IMG/VR virus record: IMGVR_UViG_3300010271_000145
Coordinates: 1 to 27,831 of that record
DNA from: a virus
Taxonomy: Duplodnaviria; Caudoviricetes
Reading direction: 5' to 3' (one strand)
DNA: 27,831 bases
Below, in pieces: positions 1 to 8,768 of this stretch; position 1 is the first letter of the stretch, and each line of letters opens with the position of its first letter. Made by a program: the position numbers and the translations under genes. The notes beneath the pieces were generated by a model. That model was not told where the DNA came from. It saw only the letters and a list, made by a program, of their open reading frames with translations, and ran no database searches.

Positions 1-309
1 TCAGACGTTCGATGGGACCCCAGATTCGTTTCCCTGGTGCTCAAATACGCCAAGTTTATTGAGCACAGCTACAATAATATCAATGGCAAAAGAAAGCAAG
101 GAATCAAAACTCAGTAACCAAGCTATCCATCCAGGGATACGTCCTTCATCTTGCGCTTTTTGCACTGTCTCTTTAATCTTGGCTATGGCTTCCTTTTTCT
201 TAGCATCACCATTTCCACTACCATATTGTTCCTCGATTAGAGTTATAACGAAGGTATAAATTGACAAGGCTATCTCCATATACTCCACTATCTTCTTTAA
301 AATGCTCAT
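1..309 (-). CDS. Putative holin (LL-H-like small membrane protein)
   Basis: Start moved to MSILKK (ATG at 309, after AAAGGTGA). Hydrophobic segments flank a 'GSGNGDAKKKEAI' motif typical of phage holin-like proteins; located in the lysis cassette. Confidence 0.6.
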   Translation of the reverse strand: MSILKKIVEYMEIALSIYTFVITLIEEQYGSGNGDAKKKEAIAKIKETVQKAQDEGRIPGWIAWLLSFDSLLSFAIDIIVAVLNKLGVFEHQGNESGVPSNV

Positions 310-328
310 CCTTTCATCACCTTTCTCT

Positions 329-784
329 TTATTTTTGGTAGAGTTGATAAAGCTTTTGCACATTGGGCACCCAATGCCGATTAAGTCCCAAAGGGTCATT
401 TACTACCCCTATGGGTGCCCATCTCTTACCCAAAAAAGCGATGTAGTCCAGCTCAGGGTTAGAGTCTGTTCTTTTCCAACTGTTATTTTCTAGTGCCCTT
501 TCCCAGCGTTGGATGTTCTTTATAAATGTTACTGCTGCCCAGCGGGTTTGCTCCTCTAAATCTGTTCCTTTGGCTGCCATAACCCCGAATTCCAATCCTG
601 AGGGACCATCTTCTTGACGTCTGACAGCTAAACTGAGGGCATAAAGATTGAGGTATTTGTGTCGTTCAATGACACTTCTATACTTTTCACTATATTCATC
701 AACGAGAGCGAGAATCAGAGGATATTCTCGCCAAAACTTTTCTTTGCTCTGTTTCCAAAGGTTCATCCAGTTTAAAGACCACAT
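329..784 (-). CDS. Putative endolysin, lysozyme-like/glucosaminidase-like fold
   Basis: C-terminal 'WAPIGVVNDPLGLNRHWVPNV' resembles the conserved tail of phage glucosaminidase-like lysins; candidate catalytic Glu in 'AVRRQEDG'; GAGGTG RBS; lies between two membrane-protein genes. Confidence 0.6.
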   Translation of the reverse strand: MWSLNWMNLWKQSKEKFWREYPLILALVDEYSEKYRSVIERHKYLNLYALSLAVRRQEDGPSGLEFGVMAAKGTDLEEQTRWAAVTFIKNIQRWERALENNSWKRTDSNPELDYIAFLGKRWAPIGVVNDPLGLNRHWVPNVQKLYQLYQK

Positions 785-788
785 AGAA

Positions 789-1058
789 TCACCTCAAAAA
801 ACTTACTATCAATCCCGTCCCCACCCCTGAGACAATGCCAGCAATAATTCCCATAAGCCAAGAGAGGTTTTTACTTTCATGGTAAATTGTTGCCGAATAC
901 TTGGCTATATTCTCGTTCTGCATACCATTTATTTCCCCTAGCCTATCTATTTTCTTGCTGATAACCTCTATGGTGGTTTTAATCTCTTTTATGTCATCAC
1001 TTAAATTTTCATAGCATACCTCCAGAGCTACCACTCGCTCAGACATTCTTTCATCCAT
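789..1058 (-). CDS. XhlA-like lysis-associated membrane protein
   Basis: 'ERVVALE' coiled coil followed by one C-terminal TM helix (WLMGIIAGIVSGVGTGLIVSFLR); ATG at 1058 with GGAGG RBS. Confidence 0.65.
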   Translation of the reverse strand: MDERMSERVVALEVCYENLSDDIKEIKTTIEVISKKIDRLGEINGMQNENIAKYSATIYHESKNLSWLMGIIAGIVSGVGTGLIVSFLR

Positions 1059-1146
1059 TATTTCGCCTCCCACTATCTCCTAAGACAACTAAAACTCCCA
1101 AGACTGCAATCAGGACAGCCAGGATTTCTATCACTTTATCTTTCAC
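1051..1146 (-). CDS. Possible 31-aa single-TM peptide (MKDKVIEILAVLIAVLGVLVVLGDSGRRNNG)
   Basis: Manually translated GTG-start ORF below the track cutoff; long hydrophobic core; its stop overlaps the start region of the XhlA-like gene. RBS spacing is poor. Confidence 0.3.
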   Translation of the reverse strand: MKDKVIEILAVLIAVLGVLVVLGDSGRRNNG

Positions 1147-1347
1147 ACTCCATAAGATATATTTGAGGAAAATGAATTTAGTGAAGATAAAAATTACTAA
1201 AACAATAGGGGTAAAAATAAGTAAGGGGATTAAATAGTATTAACTACAAAAAAATAAGCACCAGCATCAACGTTATCAAGCCAATTACCAACTACATAGA
1301 GCTACTCTATTTAATTAGTAAAGAAGCGTATATATAACAAAGGGTTA

Positions 1348-1998
1348 TTATCCATTGTTCTCACTTAGCATATCCCTGGCAATCAGAGACTTAACTTCCT
1401 CGGGATACCCTTCTATAACTTTGTTCAAACAACCTTTTTCCCTGCACATCTTTAGCCCTTTATCCAACTGTCCCAATATATTCATTCTTTCTCCAGCCGT
1501 ACCATTATTTCCCATTGTCAATGCTTGATTTAACCACCGTCTGGTATAAGAAATAAGCTGGTGCTCATTAGGGTCGGTGGTAGAAAATTCAAGATTTTCT
1601 GATAATTTTTCCTTGATATTTTTCCACTCTTGTATCTCTCTTATCCTATCCTGAGCTACCAGCTCCATTTCTTTTTTCAGCCAGAGCTTTTGTTCCAGCT
1701 CAATTTTTAATAGTTCCTGCTCTAAATCGTCTTTCTCTTCCTCTATTTTCTTTTGTAGCTTCTTTATGTTTATTAGGTTCTTCCGGTATTCAAAGCTCAA
1801 ATTATAGAGCTCAGTTATCATCGCTCTTTCTTCTCTCATCGCTTGCCAGTATTTAGAATCGGGGGTGGGGAACTTTACATCATTTAAAACCGATACTTCC
1901 ATCTCCGTCCTGGTTCTAAATATCTGTGCATACCGTAAGACTTCATCTATCTCGTCCAAAATATCATTGCCAATTTCAAAAATAGTCAAATCATTCAT
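1348..1998 (-). CDS. Hypothetical coiled-coil protein, downstream partner of the Kelch protein
   Basis: 216 aa, charged and helical; 'FPTPDSKYWQAMRE' motif; starts a few nt after the Kelch gene stop. Confidence 0.75.
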   Translation of the reverse strand: MNDLTIFEIGNDILDEIDEVLRYAQIFRTRTEMEVSVLNDVKFPTPDSKYWQAMREERAMITELYNLSFEYRKNLINIKKLQKKIEEEKDDLEQELLKIELEQKLWLKKEMELVAQDRIREIQEWKNIKEKLSENLEFSTTDPNEHQLISYTRRWLNQALTMGNNGTAGERMNILGQLDKGLKMCREKGCLNKVIEGYPEEVKSLIARDMLSENNG

Positions 1999-2002
1999 AT
2001 TA

Positions 2003-2896
2003 TCACCAGGGTAAAAATTTACTATATTCTTGACATTGAGAGATTAAATCCATTAACCCCTTACCTCCACATGATAATGCCTGTGATTGAATACCAAATC
2101 CGCTATGATGTGTCATAGCTATAAGCATTGCCCCCATTTCTATAAAAGCAGCTCCATTGTATTCAAAAGTAGAGTTATAAGGGTTTCCGTAGTCATCTCT
2201 TCCTCCAAAACATAATGCTTCATTTAACTGCCCACAAGCTACAATATAGTTTACTCCATAAGGTAATTCTCCTCCTATAGTCCAAGTTGTGCCATTGTAT
2301 TCCTCACAATTCATAGGGTAACCATAATCACTATAACCAGCTATCGCTAATGCTTCATCTTGTAATCCACAACATCCAAAATTCTGTCTTCCAACATTAA
2401 GTGTTCCAGCAGCACTACTCCACGTTGTCCCATTAAATTTTTCTGAAGTATCAACAATCATATAATTTAAGTCAAGACCACCAACAGCCAATGCCGCATT
2501 TTGTGAACCACAGCCACCAGCCCCTTGTCTTGCAGTAGACAAAACAGCAACGTTACTCCACGATGTCCCATTATATGATTCTACTTTATTCGTAGGGTCA
2601 GTCATTATAGCTCCCCCAAAAGACAACGCTGCATTTTGTGAGCCACAACCACCCAGGTCGCCTCTTGCTGTCACTAAGTTACCACCACTAGACCAAGTTA
2701 AGCCATTGTATTCTTCAGTGCTTGTTAACTCTAACCAATCACTATTGTATCCTCCAAAACAAAGACCTTCATTTTGTTTACCGCAACCAGCCGAACTTTG
2801 TCTCATTGTGTTTAGGCTGTTACCTAAATTCCAAACTCCAACTGGTTTTAACCCTACGGTTAAAAACTTCAGCCTGTTATAAAAAAAGTGCTTCAT
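2003..2896 (-). CDS. Kelch-repeat beta-propeller, candidate receptor-binding protein
   Basis: About six repeats of 'AR..GCG.Q..AL..GG ... E.YNG..W', the Kelch GG/Y/W pattern; at the distal end of the tail module. Confidence 0.8.
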   Translation of the reverse strand: MKHFFYNRLKFLTVGLKPVGVWNLGNSLNTMRQSSAGCGKQNEGLCFGGYNSDWLELTSTEEYNGLTWSSGGNLVTARGDLGGCGSQNAALSFGGAIMTDPTNKVESYNGTSWSNVAVLSTARQGAGGCGSQNAALAVGGLDLNYMIVDTSEKFNGTTWSSAAGTLNVGRQNFGCCGLQDEALAIAGYSDYGYPMNCEEYNGTTWTIGGELPYGVNYIVACGQLNEALCFGGRDDYGNPYNSTFEYNGAAFIEMGAMLIAMTHHSGFGIQSQALSCGGKGLMDLISQCQEYSKFLPW

Positions 2897-2898
2897 TT

Positions 2899-3207
2899 TT
2901 ATGATACCTCTCTACCACTTATATAATAAGCAACGCCATCACTTTCATCAGCGCTTCCTGTTATTGTTTCTCCGCCCTCAAGTATATGGTCTAAAAACGG
3001 CATAGTAATCGTATCTTGAGCACTTAATGGGAAATTATACAAAACATTTACCCCAGCTAATTTTAGACTTATGTTCCTGGCCGTTGCCGATATATTGCAA
3101 AAAGTTATGGCTTTGATATATGTTTTTGTGGATGCTGGAACGGTATATATTGTAGCCTCCGAACTTCCAAATGTTCCTTTTGCTAATTTTTTGTTTACCA
3201 CTGCCAT
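2899..3207 (-). CDS. Small beta-rich tail-associated protein
   Basis: 'TIYTVPASTKTYIKAITFCN...LEGGETI...YYISGRE' beta-sandwich-like pattern; start moved to ATG 3207 after GGAGG. Confidence 0.65.
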   Translation of the reverse strand: MAVVNKKLAKGTFGSSEATIYTVPASTKTYIKAITFCNISATARNISLKLAGVNVLYNFPLSAQDTITMPFLDHILEGGETITGSADESDGVAYYISGREVS

Positions 3208-3208
3208 T

Positions 3209-3715
3209 TTACATCCCTCCAAAATCGTCAGTTAAGTAGGTTAGCTCTCCTCCTCCGCCACCACCTTCTACGGTGGCAAATTCTAACCCGTCCTCGGTAG
3301 TGTTTACTCGCAGGTATTTACCCCCCTGCCCTTCGTAGGAAGAAGGAACATCGCTCAATTCTATAAAAGTCGTAGCCCCGGTTTCTAAATCTACAAATGC
3401 TATTCCTTCTTCACTGGCATTTACTGCTAATACTTTCCCTCCCTGGTTTTCGTAACTATCCGGGGTATCTTTTAAAGATAAAAATGTGGATATTCCTACC
3501 TTCTCCCATCCGGTATCGGATTTTAAGTAAAGAGCTGGCTCATCTAATACTACTCTTACCGTCCCAGTTGGGTCATCAATAGGCAAATCTTCTAAAGACT
3601 GCACTGGTGCCTCCCAAGCTGGCAGGTAACAGCTTATAACCAACCTCCCTTCCTCATCTACTCTTAACCTTCTAAGATTTCCATCCTGGTCTATTCCCCA
3701 GCTCATAGCGCTCAC
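3209..3715 (-). CDS. Short tail-fibre-like protein with two internal repeats
   Basis: Repeats TFLSLKDTPDSYENQGGKVLAVNASEEGIAFV and TFIELSDVPSSYEGQGGKYLRVNTTEDGLEFA, followed by a poly-Gly hinge. Confidence 0.65.
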   Translation of the reverse strand: MSAMSWGIDQDGNLRRLRVDEEGRLVISCYLPAWEAPVQSLEDLPIDDPTGTVRVVLDEPALYLKSDTGWEKVGISTFLSLKDTPDSYENQGGKVLAVNASEEGIAFVDLETGATTFIELSDVPSSYEGQGGKYLRVNTTEDGLEFATVEGGGGGGELTYLTDDFGGM

Positions 3716-3720
3716 CTCTC

Positions 3721-5049
3721 TTAAATAACTACGTCAACCAAGCCATTAGTATCTAAATCGCTAATGGATTTAGCAACTACTTCCCCACATGCTGGCTCAA
3801 TTTCACTCTTTAAATACCCAGCAGCCCCAGTGGAAGAAGCAGTAAACTCCCAAGTATCGTCTACTACCCAATCGGTAAGAGAGCTAAACTTAACCTTTAT
3901 CCCGTTATTTAGCTCTACCCAATCAGTAGAAACTCCCATTTCTTCACTCCAATTTATGCCATCATTACTGAATTTAAACAAGTCAGGGGTTTCGTCTGGA
4001 ACGCCCTCAGTGGTAATTTTTATAATGTAATTAACCTCTTCTCCAGTAAACACTCCCCCAACAGTCAACCCTTCTTTCCCAGTAATATCTGATATAGAAA
4101 AAGAAGGAGCACAAACTAACATATCTCCGGGGTTCACAGGAGCAACTGCCAATGCTTCTGTTTTACCCCTTATAACCACAAACCCACTCTGGCCTGGCAA
4201 TATATCGTGTTCGGCTATACCTACCCAGTTTTTAGATTTTTCTATTTGGTTTAGGGAAATACCGCCTTCAAAAGGATATACAACCATCCCCTTTCGTATA
4301 ATCTCCTGGGTGGTGTTCAAAAAAGGTATTTTTATATTGTCGTTAAAAAAAGTTCTTAAATCAAAGACATTAAACTCGCTATCTACATAATATAGTGGTA
4401 GACAACCTTCGGATAATGCTGCATCTTTTATAATATCCCCGGAGGGTAAAAGGTAAACATAATTATCCTCTGCTAAAATTAACGTAGCTGGGTTTACGGT
4501 CTCAATTAAATAGGGGGATAAAAATGCCTTCCCCGGGGTAACTGTCAAAGAAGAACCAACTAGTGTAGCATCAAAGCCATTTATCACTCCATCTCTTTCT
4601 ATGCAGGGTAGAACTTTTGTCTTTATTACTCCCCCGTAATAAATTGATAGCCCCAGGGAAAATCCTGCTGTTTCTACCCCTGCCGGAACTCTAATCCTTA
4701 AAAATACAGTCCTGTATGTATTAGATGGGATATCATCTGCTTCTAAGGGGAAACCTCTCCCCAATGGTTTCCAGTTGGAATCAATCCTTTCCGGGGTAGC
4801 CGTATCTCCTTCTTTACCCACTTTATATTCTGCAAGTGCTTCTTCAATTATTTGTCCCTCTTCTAAACCTTCCTCATTAACTAATTTAATGGTGACATTA
4901 GTAGCTACTATAGAGCCTATACCCTCATAGTCATTCCATAGCCTGCATTCTATTATTGGGGAATACTCCCCAGCATTTATGGTGCCAAAGTCCAGACTTG
5001 TTAGCAAATTACCTTCTAAATCTCTTATACTTAAAATCGGGTCAGTCAT
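3721..5049 (-). CDS. Multi-domain tail/baseplate structural protein
   Basis: Acidic and beta-rich; 'VINGF...LTVTPGKAFL' baseplate-like segment; 'WVGIAEHDILPGQSGFVVIRG' cement/DUF2190-like segment. Confidence 0.6.
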   Translation of the reverse strand: MTDPILSIRDLEGNLLTSLDFGTINAGEYSPIIECRLWNDYEGIGSIVATNVTIKLVNEEGLEEGQIIEEALAEYKVGKEGDTATPERIDSNWKPLGRGFPLEADDIPSNTYRTVFLRIRVPAGVETAGFSLGLSIYYGGVIKTKVLPCIERDGVINGFDATLVGSSLTVTPGKAFLSPYLIETVNPATLILAEDNYVYLLPSGDIIKDAALSEGCLPLYYVDSEFNVFDLRTFFNDNIKIPFLNTTQEIIRKGMVVYPFEGGISLNQIEKSKNWVGIAEHDILPGQSGFVVIRGKTEALAVAPVNPGDMLVCAPSFSISDITGKEGLTVGGVFTGEEVNYIIKITTEGVPDETPDLFKFSNDGINWSEEMGVSTDWVELNNGIKVKFSSLTDWVVDDTWEFTASSTGAAGYLKSEIEPACGEVVAKSISDLDTNGLVDVVI

Positions 5050-5060
5050 TTTTATCCCCT

Positions 5061-6893
5061 TTACCCCAAAGTATAGTTAACAATATCCTCAAACTGGTGA
5101 TTTCTGTGGGTGGCAAGCGTATTTGAAAATGAGCTTATCCCCTCGGGGATAAGAAGTAGCTTGCTTTCCTCAAATCCATTTTTACTACCTACAAAAAAAG
5201 TTTTCATATTAGTCATAACCATATAACCGTTTAAAATCTTAACTGGTGAGCCGTCCCTCTTGTCATAGAGCAATTGTTGGAAGGACTTCCAGGTCTGGGT
5301 GTCTTCATCAAAGTAAGGGAAAACCTCATAAATGTCTTTGTACTTGTAGTCTGAGTAAAATATCCTTCCCTTATAGCACAGGAGTTTACTTACTGCAAAA
5401 TTAGTAGAGGCATTAACCCAATTAACTTCTATCTCAGCAAGGATTTCTTTTTCTGAATCATGAGTTACCATTCTTATCAACTTTTTATCTGTATCTCTTA
5501 TTATAAAAATCTCCTTGCTATCGCTCTTTTGCTTGTCAATAAAATAGCCGTCCCAGTGGGGCTCATTCCTATAACCACTTACGTCAATGCAATTCCCAAA
5601 CTCATCAAAAAGAAAATTTTGGTCTCCCCACGGGGAATGAAAGTAAAAGGTAATAAACTTTTCAATTTTATCTGTAGTAATCACTAAAACTGGTTTATCT
5701 TCTGGTGCTTCTACTTCATATATCTTCTCACCAGTAAGGTAATTAAAAATAAAAAGTATATTCTTAGTGAACCCTACATGAGAAAATGCTATTAACACTA
5801 AATTTTTAAAGCATCGAATTGTATCCACTGTCGCCAAAGCATAGTCCCCATTCTCCCAATCAGCATAGCTTTTATATATGTCAGCTTGATAGTAAGGGAC
5901 TTCTACAATCGGTTCAGTATCTACTTTAAGAGTTTGATTGTCAATTTTATAAACGTATAGCCGGAAGTCAACTGTATTGTGATAAAAACCGTGGACAGTC
6001 CCGTAACCCCAGTCCTTCGGTGGTCTGTATATCTCCTCAATTAAATACTGGTCTCTTTCTATTGCTGTAAAAGGATATTCATCAGTAAAATCCTCTTCAA
6101 AGATAAGTTTTCTCGCTGAAACCAAATATAAATTCCCCTCTTCATCTCTTCCCAAGTCAAAAGGATAACCCAAGAAGTATTGGTATAGGAAGTTTATTTT
6201 CCAAGCATATAGCTCTCCCTCATAAGAGCCCGTCCAGCCAGTTACATCCTGGAAAACTATCATATCTTGCCCATATTTGCTCTCTTTTCTATCCAATTTT
6301 GCATCCCGAGTCTCTATTAAAAATCGGTAAAATGGAGCATCGTCGTATTCTGTGCTTTCGTATACTGTGTAATCCTGAGTCTCTTCATTCCAAAATTGTT
6401 CCCGGTATGCTTGGGTTATTATCTTTTTAGAGCTATCAAAAAATATATTGCCAGTTACAAATCCCAGTTGGCCAAGTTTTCTGAAGAAACCAGTGCTTTC
6501 GTAGTCTGGGGTAAACCCAGAGCTAAACTCATCGTAAACATAGTTAGAGTCAGGTAAAGCAACAATCCTATAATTGTGAGGTTGTAAAATTCCCAACTGT
6601 TCATCTTCTCCGTATTTTATCCTTATAAATAAATTCAGCTCCGGTTTTGGTCGCCTCAATAGTGGTTTCCAAGGATGTTCCATCCATTCTCCCGGGGTTT
6701 CCGGGGGTATGGTGTAAAGTTTAACGCCTGCAATGTTTGCCGATAAGTTGGAAGCCTCCCCTTTCATTAAGTATTCACCGTTCGGTAACTGGGCAATGGA
6801 GCGCTTAAATGGGCTTTCTTTTGCAATAGTTACTGGAACTATGGTTTTCTTTTTTGGTATAAAAAACTCTCTAAACTTTCTCCGATTAAGCAT
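5061..6893 (-). CDS. Hypothetical tail-region protein (aromatic-rich, possible beta-propeller)
   Basis: 610-aa ORF overlapping the upstream gene within the tail-tip operon; no recognisable motif. Confidence 0.7.
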   Translation of the reverse strand: MLNRRKFREFFIPKKKTIVPVTIAKESPFKRSIAQLPNGEYLMKGEASNLSANIAGVKLYTIPPETPGEWMEHPWKPLLRRPKPELNLFIRIKYGEDEQLGILQPHNYRIVALPDSNYVYDEFSSGFTPDYESTGFFRKLGQLGFVTGNIFFDSSKKIITQAYREQFWNEETQDYTVYESTEYDDAPFYRFLIETRDAKLDRKESKYGQDMIVFQDVTGWTGSYEGELYAWKINFLYQYFLGYPFDLGRDEEGNLYLVSARKLIFEEDFTDEYPFTAIERDQYLIEEIYRPPKDWGYGTVHGFYHNTVDFRLYVYKIDNQTLKVDTEPIVEVPYYQADIYKSYADWENGDYALATVDTIRCFKNLVLIAFSHVGFTKNILFIFNYLTGEKIYEVEAPEDKPVLVITTDKIEKFITFYFHSPWGDQNFLFDEFGNCIDVSGYRNEPHWDGYFIDKQKSDSKEIFIIRDTDKKLIRMVTHDSEKEILAEIEVNWVNASTNFAVSKLLCYKGRIFYSDYKYKDIYEVFPYFDEDTQTWKSFQQLLYDKRDGSPVKILNGYMVMTNMKTFFVGSKNGFEESKLLLIPEGISSFSNTLATHRNHQFEDIVNYTLG

Positions 6894-7119
6894 TTTCTTT
6901 AGAGTAAAAAGTCAGTATCTCAAACTTACACTGTTTACCACCAACGTTGGCAATAACCGCTCTCCGGGGGTAGTAAGTACTGGAATAACCTTTTGCCTTT
7001 ATCAATCCCGTGGGGGTTTCTATGGTTACCCTTCTAAAAGGATTAACACTAACCACTTTCCCCTCTACCACCTCTTTTTGTCTATCTCCTTCTTTAAAGA
7101 ACCTATCAAAACTCCTCAT
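6886..7119 (-). CDS. Small tail-tip protein (possible OB-fold-like)
   Basis: AGGAGG RBS; 'VVEGKVVSVNP.RRVTIET' beta pattern; follows the hub-like gene. Confidence 0.6.
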   Translation of the reverse strand: MRSFDRFFKEGDRQKEVVEGKVVSVNPFRRVTIETPTGLIKAKGYSSTYYPRRAVIANVGGKQCKFEILTFYSKENA

Positions 7120-7127
7120 TTTTCCTC

Positions 7128-8768
7128 CTATGATATCCCAGCAATCTCGGTGGAAGCCGTCAAGCTGTCGTAGTCAAGTGTCAGTTTTACTTCTTCAATT
7201 ACAAAAGATATCCCATCGATGCTAAAGGTATCTCCTGGCTCTAGGGAAGGTAAAAAAGCTGGGAACTGGACCCAACATTCATTTCCACTCAGCTCAACTT
7301 TTCTGTGATGGCTTGCCGCAGCTTCTGCCTGTGCTTGATTAGAGCAGAAAACAGTATTTATTACCTTAGCGTTGCTCCCTCCTGAGCCCCCATAACCTAC
7401 CTCGCTTTTTATATCACATCTCGGGATACCGCTTTCCGGCGGTTTATCATAAGGTTGCGAGCCCTTTTCTGATAAGACTAAGTAATTACGGGTTTGCTCA
7501 GATTCGGGAACATTTCCAATGTATTCATCGCTTTCTGGGTCAAAAGCAGGATGATAATCTGGGTCAACTTCGCTTCTCATCCTCCAAATCTCATAATAGT
7601 AAGTTCCGTTTACCCATCTTTCCTGCTTTCGGAATACTACTCTACCGAATGTTTGCCAGCTTATACTGTCGTTCTCTTCGATGGTTTCTTCAGTTCTCTC
7701 CTGCATTTTCAAAGAGCCATCACTAACCTCGTGAATCTTATTTAAATAAGATTTTTTATATTCTTCTCTCTCCCCTTCTGTGTTTATCCTAACTTTCCAT
7801 TTCCTGGTGAGCTCTTCTCTATCCCATTGGTATAAAGCATAATTTTGTTCTGTCTCAATCCATCCTGCAACTGATACTGAGCTATCCATATCGTAGTAAT
7901 CGATAAAGTCATTCTCTACTGGTATACTCCAGTTATAAAACTCCTGGCAGGAAATTAAGTAATCTTGGAAAAAGTTTCTTATATAAGATATGCTATGATC
8001 CGAGTATCCTTCCGTCCCCATTTCGTAATAGATAACTTCTACTGGCTTTTCCTCTTCGTAAGTTGCTATTACACCGTTATAGAGCTCTTTTTCTGCAGAT
8101 ACTTTATAGTCTTCTACTTTGTAATCAAATCCCCCACTTTTTTCCCATTTCCTTATTTTTACACTGTCTCCAGAGTCATAGAAAATATAACCAAATTCAT
8201 CACAGAGAGTTTTTAATAATGACATCCTGTTTCCCGATAAGCTCAACTCTTTTTTTATGCTTCCGGGAATAGTACCTGTATATTCCACGCCAGAAAAGAT
8301 AGCCCCTAATATACTGCCTATTGGTAGCTCTTCGGGGTTTAGTTTTGCTCCAATATGATTAAAAGCACTTTTTGGTATAAACTGGGATAAAATCTGGGTG
8401 ACTTCCCCGTCCCTTAATACAGCAGACCGTCCTGCCGCATAGGAAGTAGCAAATCCGTGGGGTCTTTTCTCGTGTCTTTCTACTATTCCAGAAAAGCCTG
8501 AAACGCTTACGTGAGAGCCTATGTGTAAAGAGCTGTCCTTGCTCTCAATGGTGCAAGTGCTTACCCCGTTGGCTATTTTATTTATGGTTATACTCAGTAT
8601 CCCTGAGTAAGCTGGTGAACCTTCCACGATAATTTGGGGTAAAGTCCCAGGAGGGAATGCAGTCAATAAGCTCCGAGTAGAAAATTGTAATGGTAAGCCT
8701 ATTCCTATAATGTCTATTGTTATAGGAACATTCTCGCTGTCTTTAGCTATAGCCCCAGTTAAAATCAT
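7128..8768 (-). CDS. Putative baseplate hub/Tal-like tail protein
   Basis: Second gene after the tape measure; 'LLKTLCDEFGYIFYD' and C-terminal 'PSLEPGDTFSI...FVIEEVKLTLD' match hub-fold patterns. Confidence 0.6.
   Translation of the reverse strand: MILTGAIAKDSENVPITIDIIGIGLPLQFSTRSLLTAFPPGTLPQIIVEGSPAYSGILSITINKIANGVSTCTIESKDSSLHIGSHVSVSGFSGIVERHEKRPHGFATSYAAGRSAVLRDGEVTQILSQFIPKSAFNHIGAKLNPEELPIGSILGAIFSGVEYTGTIPGSIKKELSLSGNRMSLLKTLCDEFGYIFYDSGDSVKIRKWEKSGGFDYKVEDYKVSAEKELYNGVIATYEEEKPVEVIYYEMGTEGYSDHSISYIRNFFQDYLISCQEFYNWSIPVENDFIDYYDMDSSVSVAGWIETEQNYALYQWDREELTRKWKVRINTEGEREEYKKSYLNKIHEVSDGSLKMQERTEETIEENDSISWQTFGRVVFRKQERWVNGTYYYEIWRMRSEVDPDYHPAFDPESDEYIGNVPESEQTRNYLVLSEKGSQPYDKPPESGIPRCDIKSEVGYGGSGGSNAKVINTVFCSNQAQAEAAASHHRKVELSGNECWVQFPAFLPSLEPGDTFSIDGISFVIEEVKLTLDYDSLTASTEIAGIS

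Noticed and set aside
2003-2896. Diversity-generating retroelement target in the Kelch gene
   Set aside because: No reverse transcriptase in the window and no near-identical TR/VR pair differing only at adenines; the repeats are ordinary Kelch blades.
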